DNA of 64,000 nucleotides from an uncultured Verrucomicrobiae bacterium (GTDB lineage Bacteria; Chlamydiota; Chlamydiia; Chlamydiales; Rhabdochlamydiaceae): NCBI GenBank assembly GCA_963818965.1, contig CAWFUG010000011.1, positions 288,001 to 352,000 of the forward strand, read 5' to 3'. Shown piece by piece: positions 56,065 to 64,000 of this stretch (position 1 is its first letter; each line of letters starts with the position of its first letter). The notes under the pieces were generated by a model. It saw only the letters and a program-made list of their open reading frames with translations, ran no database searches and was not told where the DNA came from. The position numbers and the translations under genes were made by a program.

Positions 56065-57645
56065 ATGTCACTTATCACAGGCACTCCCCTTCGTACGCTA
56101 GCTCACACCATCGCCTCTCCTGAGTATCGAGAATTTAAGGAACAAAAGCTGTTGCGCTCTGAGGGGTATATCCATTTCAAGTCGCACCAGTTTGTCCATT
56201 CAGAGCGTTACCAGTGGATTCTAAATGCGTACATGAATCCTCAGCCCTGTGCCACAATAGGAGAGCTCCGTGAAGCCTCAGCTGAATCTTTGGAGGAGCA
56301 ACTCGATGAGATCACCCGTTACATCGCTTCAAAGCGCCCCTTCTTGGTACGAGAAGATCTCGGACAGCTATCTGAATGGAAACGTATTGCGCTCAGTCTA
56401 GAGCGCGTCTACACCGCTTACGACATAGAGTTCTACTGGCCATTCAGCGAGGTCATCGAAACCTGTGATGCTTTTTTCAAGGGGATTACTTCTCAGGAAT
56501 GGATCAACTGCATCCATGATCGAGAGATTATAGAAGTGCTCAGCAATAAGAAAATCGCGAAGATTTTTTTACAAGAACGGAGTAGGGAAAAAAATGAGAA
56601 ATACTGCGTTTTAACGACCCCCTCTACTCATTTAGATAAAGTCTGCTTCTTCTCCCCCAAGGGCTATTATAGTTTGCGGAGGATTAACTTTGAGATGACA
56701 CGCCCGTCTAACAAGAGTGTTCTCCAAAAAAATGCCGCAAAAGTCGTCTACACGGGAACCCATGTACCACAGTGGGGAATAAAGCAAAAAGTGGTCATAC
56801 TCAGCAACCTCACGACTAAAACCCTTCATGACCGAGATTATCGTCAATACAAGGAAAAAAAATTAGAAAAGGAATTCCAGTATCTGGAAAAAATAAGCGG
56901 TAGAGAGATCGCCGTAGAGCCTTATGATTATTTTCGCATGACAGATTACAAAAATATGCAGTTTGGATTTTTGATCGAATCCTATGAACCCCTCGGAAAT
57001 TTGTATTCTTGGCTGCAACAACCATTGACTCAAGCCCACAAAGAAGATCTGATCGGCTCATTGATTGAAAAAGTCCATGCTATGCACGAGTTGGGAATCC
57101 TCCACTTAGATATTAAGGATGAAAACATCGTCATTCACTTCAATCCAGAGACGGAAAAACACGAAGTGCGCCTGATTGATTGGGAAAGTGCTCTTCCAAT
57201 CGATGCAGATCCTACAGAAAAAGCATCCTATACAGGAACACCTCTCTATCGTTCGCCTGAATGCTGCACCCTTTTTTCAGCAATGAGGCTTTTACCACCG
57301 GAGAAGTCCGTCGAGCGGCAGCACATGATCCAAGAATTCGTCTCCTACGTAGCTCCCAGCTCTGACGTCTGGTCTTTAGGGATAGTTTTGGATAGGATCT
57401 ATAATGAAAGAAGTGCCGTAGAAAACATCGTAATTAGAGCACAAGAAGAAGCGCGTAAAAAATTTGCATTCTACGAGATAGAAGCTGCAATAGCGAAAAT
57501 CGATCAGCAGCAAATTGATATCCATTTTGTAGATAAAATAGGGCCGATCAATCTCTTGATCTACAGAATGCTCTGTATCGATCCCCAAAAACGCCTTACC
57601 ATGGGACAAGTAAAGAGCAAGTGGAAAGGGATAAGAGGTCTTTGA
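56065..57645 (+). CDS. Atypical Ser/Thr protein kinase
   Basis: ILHLDIKDENI, LIDWE, GTPLYRSPE, SDVWSLG, DP.KR. Confidence 0.85.
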   Translation: MSLITGTPLRTLAHTIASPEYREFKEQKLLRSEGYIHFKSHQFVHSERYQWILNAYMNPQPCATIGELREASAESLEEQLDEITRYIASKRPFLVREDLGQLSEWKRIALSLERVYTAYDIEFYWPFSEVIETCDAFFKGITSQEWINCIHDREIIEVLSNKKIAKIFLQERSREKNEKYCVLTTPSTHLDKVCFFSPKGYYSLRRINFEMTRPSNKSVLQKNAAKVVYTGTHVPQWGIKQKVVILSNLTTKTLHDRDYRQYKEKKLEKEFQYLEKISGREIAVEPYDYFRMTDYKNMQFGFLIESYEPLGNLYSWLQQPLTQAHKEDLIGSLIEKVHAMHELGILHLDIKDENIVIHFNPETEKHEVRLIDWESALPIDADPTEKASYTGTPLYRSPECCTLFSAMRLLPPEKSVERQHMIQEFVSYVAPSSDVWSLGIVLDRIYNERSAVENIVIRAQEEARKKFAFYEIEAAIAKIDQQQIDIHFVDKIGPINLLIYRMLCIDPQKRLTMGQVKSKWKGIRGL

Positions 57646-57671
57646 ACCTATCCTCCTAAAATTTTTCGTCG
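57644..57671. repeat. GAACCTATCC-family element end overlapping the kinase stop codon
   Basis: GAACCTATCCTCCTAAAATTTTTCGTCG; 25/28 match to inverted 6280-6307. Confidence 0.75.
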
Positions 57672-57840
57672 CCTTCCGAGACCATGTCAATAAAAAATTT
57701 TAATTACTTTTCAGGTTCTTTTGCTTTTTTAGACCTGCTTATACTCAACAGTTTATTATAAAAAATTTGATACTATTTACATTTAAAATTTATTGAGTTA
57801 TTATTTTATAATAATTAACTAAAAATGACTTATTAAATAC

Positions 57841-59445
57841 ATGTCAATTACAAATACACAAATTGAGCCCCTCGAAGACATTCTCGATTCTGCTGAATAT
57901 CGAGAATTTAAAGAAAAAGGGTTGGTACACTCTCAAGGATACCAGCACTTTAAAGCGCATGAATTTATCGATTCTGATCGCTATTGGAGCATTGTGGATG
58001 CATACATGAAGCCTCAGCCATCGGTGACATTAAGAGAAATAGAAAATCTCTCTTTAACTTCATTTGAACAGCAACTGTATGCGATTATGAACTACATCGC
58101 TTCTGAACGTTCTTGTTTTACAAAAGAATCGCTCGCTCAATTATCCTACTGGAAGCAACGAGCGACAGGAATACAAATGTTCTATGCGACACAGGGACAC
58201 GGAGACTTAAAATTAAATACACTCATCAAAAAATGCGACGGTTTTTTTAACAGCATCCCAACCAGGGAATGGCTAAGCTGCATCATTGAGGAGCGCGACA
58301 TTCTAAACACACTTAGCGAAAAGAAAATCGCGAAAATCTTTTTAAAAGAAAAAAGCTGGAGAACAAAAGAAAAATACTGCATCGCGATGGATGATCAGTC
58401 TGTAAACAAAATCGCGCTCTTTTCTCCTAATGGCTATTATAGTGTCAGATGGGATGATTTTAAAACGGATTCGAATAAAAAGCCTCTTTCCGAACAGGAA
58501 GGCAAATCTGTCTATACGGGAAAGTATGTCCGAGAGTGGGGAATAAAAGACAATGTGATTGTACTCACTAGTCTCACTGCTACGACTGCAAACAAGGAGA
58601 TTTTTGCGCGTCGCAAAGAAAAAGAATTGCAAGAGGAGTTTCTTCATCTACAATCCTTAAGCGGTCGAGAGATTGCCGTTGAACCTTCTGACTACTTCCG
58701 CATAACAGGATTAGGAAATAAGATTTTTGGATTTTTAATCGAAGAATATAAACCGCTCGGAGATTTGAGTGACTGGCTAGAAAAGCCACATCCCTTAGAG
58801 GTCAAGAAAGAAATCATCGATTCATTGATCCAAAAAATATGCGAACTCCACGAGTTAGGCATCCTTCATCTGGACATCAAGGAGGAAAATATCGTCCTCC
58901 ACTTCAATCCAAAGACGAAAAAACACGAGATCCGCCTGATCGATTGGGATCACGCCATTTCATTTGATTCACCTGCTGAAAAGAAAAGCAGACCCAAGGG
59001 CACAGTACTTTGCGCCCCACCCGAATACGCCCGTTATTCATCCGCATGGAAAAAAACACCCGAAGCAGATTACGTGTCACTAGAGCGCGTGGAAAAACGG
59101 ATGATCGCTCATGTCGCTCCTTCTTTTGATGTCTGGTCTTTAGGAGTGCTTCTAGATCAGATCTACCATGGATCGAATGTCGTGGAAGCGTTCGTCTTCC
59201 AAGCGGAACAGGAAAGGGGCATAAAGCTCTCCTACAACGGTGTAGAAGCCTTAATTGCAAAGATCTCGCAGAGAACAATTAACGACTATTTTGCAGATAA
59301 GACAGACGCTATCGATCTCTTGATCTATGGAATGCTCATTGTAGATCCCAGCCGCCGCTTTACCATGCGCGAAGTCAAAAGGGAGTGGGACGCGATTAAC
59401 AACGGAGATGAGTGGCGCATTGAAGACACTGACATGTTCTTCTAA
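57841..59445 (+). CDS. Atypical Ser/Thr protein kinase (tandem paralog)
   Basis: ILHLDIKEENI, LIDWD, GT....PPE, DVWSLG, DPSRR. Confidence 0.85.
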   Translation: MSITNTQIEPLEDILDSAEYREFKEKGLVHSQGYQHFKAHEFIDSDRYWSIVDAYMKPQPSVTLREIENLSLTSFEQQLYAIMNYIASERSCFTKESLAQLSYWKQRATGIQMFYATQGHGDLKLNTLIKKCDGFFNSIPTREWLSCIIEERDILNTLSEKKIAKIFLKEKSWRTKEKYCIAMDDQSVNKIALFSPNGYYSVRWDDFKTDSNKKPLSEQEGKSVYTGKYVREWGIKDNVIVLTSLTATTANKEIFARRKEKELQEEFLHLQSLSGREIAVEPSDYFRITGLGNKIFGFLIEEYKPLGDLSDWLEKPHPLEVKKEIIDSLIQKICELHELGILHLDIKEENIVLHFNPKTKKHEIRLIDWDHAISFDSPAEKKSRPKGTVLCAPPEYARYSSAWKKTPEADYVSLERVEKRMIAHVAPSFDVWSLGVLLDQIYHGSNVVEAFVFQAEQERGIKLSYNGVEALIAKISQRTINDYFADKTDAIDLLIYGMLIVDPSRRFTMREVKREWDAINNGDEWRIEDTDMFF

Positions 59446-59607
59446 GAGTCTGTCTACAATCTCGGTCGTTTTGATTTTTGATGGATTTTGGTTTTGGCTT
59501 GGATTCGATTCCGCAGGACATAGTTAGATTAACTAGGCCAAGGAATCGAATCCAAGCCAAAACCAAAAGGCGCGAAAAGCAAAATGGCCGAGATTGTAGA
59601 CAGACTC
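59446..59607. mobile_element. Family B MITE (162 bp)
   Basis: 20-bp perfect TIR GAGTCTGTCTACAATCTCGG; inner 27-bp inverted repeat; flanks TAA/TAG; second copy at 63731. Confidence 0.92.
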
Positions 59608-59617
59608 TAGGATCCCA

Positions 59618-61642
59618 CTAAAAGCGAGCGAGCTCTTGTAAGGCGTTTTCTAGATCTTTGACTTGGGGCAAGACGGCATCTTCGAGAACCTTGCAGTAGG
59701 GAACAGGGCAATCGGCTCCTGTGACGCGTCGGATGGGGGCGTCGAGGAAGGAGAAGGCCTCTTCACTGATGCGTGCGGCGATCTCTGCGCCGAAGCCACA
59801 GGTGCGCGCCGCTTCATGCGCGATGAGGAGTTTACCCGTCTTTTTCACAGAGTGAAGAACCGTTTCGCAATCGAACGGGACAATCGTGCGCAGGTCAATC
59901 ACTTCGACAGAAATCCCCTCTCGGGAGAGCTTTTCTGCAGCTTGCATTCCCATGAAGACCATCATTCCCCAACAGACGAGCGTGACGTCTTCTCCTGCAC
60001 GGACGACCTTTGCCTTACCGAGCATTTCCCATTCTTCTTCTTTGGGTTCTGGACGTGCACAGAACACGCGCTGACGGTACAGGGCTTTGTGCTCGAGGAA
60101 GATGACGGGATTGGGATCGCGGATCGCCGCTTTTAACAGGCGTTTAGCATCTGCTGCGTTGCTCGGGATCACGACTTTAAGGCCTGGTGCATGGGCTAAA
60201 AACGCCTCGATGCTCTGAGAATGGTAAGGCCCCCCCTGGATGTAGCCCCCATAGGGCATCCGGAGGACGACAGGGCAATCCCATTCCCCATTGGCGCGGT
60301 AGTAGAGGCTTGCGAGTTCATTAAAGAGCTGATTGACACCGGTCCACATGTAATCTGCAAACTGCACTTCAGCGACGGGACGCCATCCAGCAAGCGACAT
60401 TCCCATCGCGATGCCGATGATCGAAGATTCTGCTAAAGGGGAATTGAAACAGCGGGCCTTGCCGTGTTTGGTGGTAAGCGTGCGGGTGATGCCAAAGACA
60501 CCCCCTTTTCCATCGGCGACATCCTGACCGAAGAGCACGACTTTCTCATCGCGCGTCATCTCTTCATCCAAGGCGTGATTTAACGCATCCATCATGACGA
60601 CGCTTTCTGCAGTCGAAGCTTCTTCTACAAAGGGAAGGGCGAGATCGAGGGGTTTAAAAACTCCTTCTGTCGCCGTCTTCGGATCGGGGAAAGGGACTTG
60701 ATCCGCTTCGAGAGCAGCTGTCTCTACTTCTTGAAAGCACTGCGCCTTAAATGCTGCGAGCTCTTCCTCTGTGAGGATTGCCTCTTCGATCAGGAGGCGT
60801 TCGAACCGAGGCAGTGGATCTTTGCATTTCTCTTGCTCTAAACACTCGGGAGCCTGGTACTTGCTCGGATCATCGCTACTGCTATGGGCACCGATACGGG
60901 GTACTTTGGCGACGATGAGAGTAGGTCCCTCTTTGGCTCTGCCTTTTGCAACCGCAGCTTCTAGGGCACTCTTCACTGCTATGTAATCACACCCGTCGAC
61001 AACAGAGACAGAAAGCCCTGCGTAGCCTTTGGCCATGGACGCAATCGAGCCGCCTGCTGTCTGTTCAGCCACAGGAACGGAGATCGCCCAACCATTGTCT
61101 TGGATGACGAAAATGACACTTAAAGCGTGTAGGCAAGAAAAATTGAGAGCTTCGTGAAAATCCCCTTGAGAGGTCGCCCCTTCCCCCGCAGAGACATAGA
61201 CGACTTCATCTTCTCCTGAGAGCTGGACCGCTTTTGCGACTCCGACTGCTTGGAGGAATTGAGAGCCGACACAACTGGACTGGCACGGAATGCGCAGCGC
61301 TTTATGAGAAAAGTGCTCGGGCATCATCCGCCCCCCTGAGTGATGGAGAATCGCGCGCGCAAGACACGCTCCGATGAGATCCTGGATAGAACACCCCAGC
61401 CCTACTGCAAACGCCCGATCGCGGTAATAAGGCAGTCCCCAATCTTTGCCGGGAATCAGCGAGAGAGCCGAGAGAGTGCCGATCATCTCATGCCCCATAA
61501 CGCAGAGGTGAAAAGTCCCCCCTTTATTCTGGCGGATCAACTTTTGCATCTTCTCATCGGCATAGCGCGTGAGCAAGAGAGACTTTAATGTCTTCAATGC
61601 ATGCTCTTTTTCTATCTGGCAAGGATTTAGGGTAATCGTCAT
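59618..61642 (-). CDS. Fused 2-oxoacid (branched-chain) dehydrogenase E1 alpha/beta
   Basis: GEGATSQGDFHEALN TPP motif, HSSSDD, FGQDV, EVQFADY, HSQS, EVIDLRT; ATG at 61642. Confidence 0.92.
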   Translation of the reverse strand: MTITLNPCQIEKEHALKTLKSLLLTRYADEKMQKLIRQNKGGTFHLCVMGHEMIGTLSALSLIPGKDWGLPYYRDRAFAVGLGCSIQDLIGACLARAILHHSGGRMMPEHFSHKALRIPCQSSCVGSQFLQAVGVAKAVQLSGEDEVVYVSAGEGATSQGDFHEALNFSCLHALSVIFVIQDNGWAISVPVAEQTAGGSIASMAKGYAGLSVSVVDGCDYIAVKSALEAAVAKGRAKEGPTLIVAKVPRIGAHSSSDDPSKYQAPECLEQEKCKDPLPRFERLLIEEAILTEEELAAFKAQCFQEVETAALEADQVPFPDPKTATEGVFKPLDLALPFVEEASTAESVVMMDALNHALDEEMTRDEKVVLFGQDVADGKGGVFGITRTLTTKHGKARCFNSPLAESSIIGIAMGMSLAGWRPVAEVQFADYMWTGVNQLFNELASLYYRANGEWDCPVVLRMPYGGYIQGGPYHSQSIEAFLAHAPGLKVVIPSNAADAKRLLKAAIRDPNPVIFLEHKALYRQRVFCARPEPKEEEWEMLGKAKVVRAGEDVTLVCWGMMVFMGMQAAEKLSREGISVEVIDLRTIVPFDCETVLHSVKKTGKLLIAHEAARTCGFGAEIAARISEEAFSFLDAPIRRVTGADCPVPYCKVLEDAVLPQVKDLENALQELARF

Positions 61643-61643
61643 A

Positions 61644-62744
61644 TCACTTTTTCTTCTTTTTTTGGATTGTGGTGACCATCTTGACACCCGGTTTTTTTAC
61701 CTCTTCGTCAGGGTTAGGCTTTGTGGCTTTCTTCCTCTGTCCCGGCAAGAATCCCTTTACGACCTCAGTCAATTCTCGACCTTTAGAGGGCTTTTCATCT
61801 TCTGCTTTGGGAGAGCTGACCGCTTGAATCAAGCGCCCTTCTGAACCGACTCTGACGTCTTCTATGCCCGTGAGGCGCGAAGAGAGATGGCGCAACGACT
61901 CGAGTCGTTCTGAAAGCGCTTGTAATTTGGTATCGACCTTCACGCGGGAACTTCCGCGCAAGCTCGCGAGTAGCTGGGCCTCGGTATCGAATTTCGCAGA
62001 GAACGTGACGCTCGCTGCGTTCGAAATTTCCGGTAAGTAGAGGAAAAGGCGACAATGCGGAGGAACGGTCGTGTACATATCGACGCTGATTTGAGGCTCG
62101 ACTTCCACCTTTGCAACCTGTTTAGGAGGACGCCCTCTTTTGGGACGAGGATTGAGTGCCTCATTGGAATAATAGGTTTTTGATTTGGTAACGAGAGCCT
62201 CGCGTACAGCTGCGACTTCTTTAGGCACTTTTTGATCGAAGAGGTACCGCTTGAGCTTTTCCATCATCGTCTTGTTTAAATCGAGATCTTCTTCGAAGAC
62301 GAATTTAATCCCCTGTGAGCGGAGCCACTCGATGATGCGGATGCGTGAGCGCTCGACGTAGTACTGCTGCCATTTTTCTAACTCTGTCAAGTGATCGTAG
62401 ATGAATTCGAGAAAGTTTTCCCTGGCCTCTTTCGATTGGATGATATCGAGTAATTTTTCTTTAGTATCGATATCGTAAACTTTTTCATTGATAAACCCTT
62501 CCATGAACTTTTTCGTCTCGTAAAAGGTCATTTTGGGGATGAGACAATACCGTTCAGAGCTGTCTGCCAACTCCCGCTCTAATTCATCGAGCTCCCTTTG
62601 CCCCTTATCCAGATCGACATAGACGAGAAATCCCTCGACCTTGTCTAAATAAAAATCGCGTTCGTCATCTGATTTCGCAAAGGCGTCCATCAAGCGATGG
62701 TAGCGCAGCAAAAGGGGATTCTGTGCTTGAGGGAATTTTGACAT
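61644..62744 (-). CDS. UPF0158 family protein (chlamydial type)
   Basis: QNPLLLR.HRLMDAFAKSDDERDFYLD, NPRPKRGRPPKQ. Confidence 0.8.
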   Translation of the reverse strand: MSKFPQAQNPLLLRYHRLMDAFAKSDDERDFYLDKVEGFLVYVDLDKGQRELDELERELADSSERYCLIPKMTFYETKKFMEGFINEKVYDIDTKEKLLDIIQSKEARENFLEFIYDHLTELEKWQQYYVERSRIRIIEWLRSQGIKFVFEEDLDLNKTMMEKLKRYLFDQKVPKEVAAVREALVTKSKTYYSNEALNPRPKRGRPPKQVAKVEVEPQISVDMYTTVPPHCRLFLYLPEISNAASVTFSAKFDTEAQLLASLRGSSRVKVDTKLQALSERLESLRHLSSRLTGIEDVRVGSEGRLIQAVSSPKAEDEKPSKGRELTEVVKGFLPGQRKKATKPNPDEEVKKPGVKMVTTIQKKKKK

Positions 62745-62905
62745 GGCAATCCTGTGGGGTTACTGGGGCCTGTCGTCAATTGAAGATTCCGTCGGTATTT
62801 AAAGACAGGCCCTAATGAGAAAGGATAACACAGACAAACTTCCCGTTTCAAGGAGAAAAATGTGAAGTAAATTTTTGATTCTAGACTTTAGTTTTGCAGA
62901 TTTTT

Positions 62906-63712
62906 TTAACGGAGCGTCGTCCCGTTAGCTTGCGTCGTGTTCCTCTCCTGCAAATTATTTAATGAATTGATCCCAGGCGGCAACGATCCCAAGCGATTAC
63001 CAGACAAGTTAATCGTTTCCAGTTTCTTGATTTCATAAAAATCAAATAAATTGTTTGGCAAGGATGTTAGTCCAAGGTTGCTTAAATCTAAGTTACGACT
63101 AGCTCCGCTAATGCACTGCTCAATCCGTTTCAAAGCTTCTAAGCGGTTTTCTCTCTCCTCACCTCTGACGCTCCAACGCTGTAATTCTTTATATGCGTCG
63201 TCTTTTTTAAGTTCCACAAGTGTCTTCTCCTCTACCACTTTGCGAAACTCAATGATTTGTCCCATCACTTTTTCGTTCTTTTCAACAAGCTTATTAACAG
63301 AGACCTTCGGCGCGAATACTCCTTGTATCCAATTCAAAAATCTTTCGAATTTTGATAATTCACGCTTAGCGACATCTTGTACTTTTTTGGTGGTATTTGG
63401 GAGCCCAAGCTTGTCCACCTGCCTCTTAGCCACAACCTCCATTTTACGGATGTGTTCGGCTGCTCTAGCCACATCTTCTGGAATAGCACTAGCTCCCTCT
63501 TGCGCACACTTAAGTGCATTTCCCTCTCCTTTAACAAACGCTTCTATCTTGCCAAAATCTGCATTTAGTTCTTTGAGGTCTTGTGAGCTCAACACTTGAA
63601 ACTCGTTTTTTTGAAACGTATCCTTTCCTATTTTTGCCCCTTCGAAATAATCCTCTGCTTTCTCTTGAACCGTCTTATCAGACGGCCGATATCCATGCAC
63701 TTCCCCAGTCAT
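62906..63712 (-). CDS. Short (possibly truncated) IpaH/YopM-like LRR protein
   Basis: W...EERENRLEALKRIEQC.....LDLSNLGLTSLP cap plus about 2 LRRs; related to 26263-27984; ATG 63712 after GGGGG. Confidence 0.75.
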   Translation of the reverse strand: MTGEVHGYRPSDKTVQEKAEDYFEGAKIGKDTFQKNEFQVLSSQDLKELNADFGKIEAFVKGEGNALKCAQEGASAIPEDVARAAEHIRKMEVVAKRQVDKLGLPNTTKKVQDVAKRELSKFERFLNWIQGVFAPKVSVNKLVEKNEKVMGQIIEFRKVVEEKTLVELKKDDAYKELQRWSVRGEERENRLEALKRIEQCISGASRNLDLSNLGLTSLPNNLFDFYEIKKLETINLSGNRLGSLPPGINSLNNLQERNTTQANGTTLR

Positions 63713-63730
63713 TGCATCCCCCACATATAA

Positions 63731-63875
63731 GAGTCTGTCTACAATCTCGGCCATTTTGCTTTTCGCGCCTTTTGGTTTTGGCTTGGATTCGATTCCTTGG
63801 CCTAGTTAATTTAACTATGTCCTGCGGGATCGAATCCAAGCCAAAACCAAAACCTCCGAGATTGTAGACAGACTC
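63731..63875. mobile_element. Family B MITE (145 bp), opposite orientation to the 59446 copy
   Basis: Same 20-bp TIR; flanked by a TAA direct repeat (63728-63730, 63876-63878). Confidence 0.92.
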
Positions 63876-64000
63876 TAAATCCACTTAAACATTATTACAT
63901 ATAACAATAACCCACATTAAACAAGGATATTAATTTATAGAGCCCAACACTCCATTTTTGTCCTCTCTCTGCCCTCCTTTTCCGCTCCCCTCTCAGGAGT

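Noticed and set aside
63583..63884. Short ORFs 63583-63867 and 63678-63884
   Set aside because: Mostly read-through of the family B MITE or overlap with the LRR gene

Overview
Bacterial chromosomal segment, most likely from an environmental member of the Chlamydiota (Simkania/Rhabdochlamydia-like). This is inferred from the fused 2-oxoacid dehydrogenase E1 alpha/beta, UPF0158, the hprK-ptsH-ptsI block, MOMP-like porins and many eukaryote-like effector genes. A housekeeping backbone (uvrD, pcnB, lpxB, rpmF-plsX, pgm, dnaX-ybaB, PTS, ndh, comEC, tRNA-His, uppP-ftsK) is interleaved with AT-rich accessory genes. These are: mazEF, a pentein/arginine-deiminase-like protein, a two-partner secretion pair, IpaH/YopM-like LRR proteins, tandem F-box-like genes, two Tgl-like cysteine-transglutaminase-fold paralogs, two kinases with a WNK-like lysine arrangement, and a three-gene cluster of pentatricopeptide-repeat (PPR)-like proteins, two of which end in an Smr nuclease domain. 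The PPR-Smr cluster, an architecture I otherwise know from plant organellar RNA-processing proteins, is my best candidate for an undescribed system. Second is a set of at least six families of small palindromic/MITE-like elements: one is inserted in-frame in plsX, one has an inverted loop between copies, and many sit on stop codons. No CRISPR array, transposase, integrase or reverse transcriptase was seen. All family assignments come from motif recognition by eye; no database search was run.
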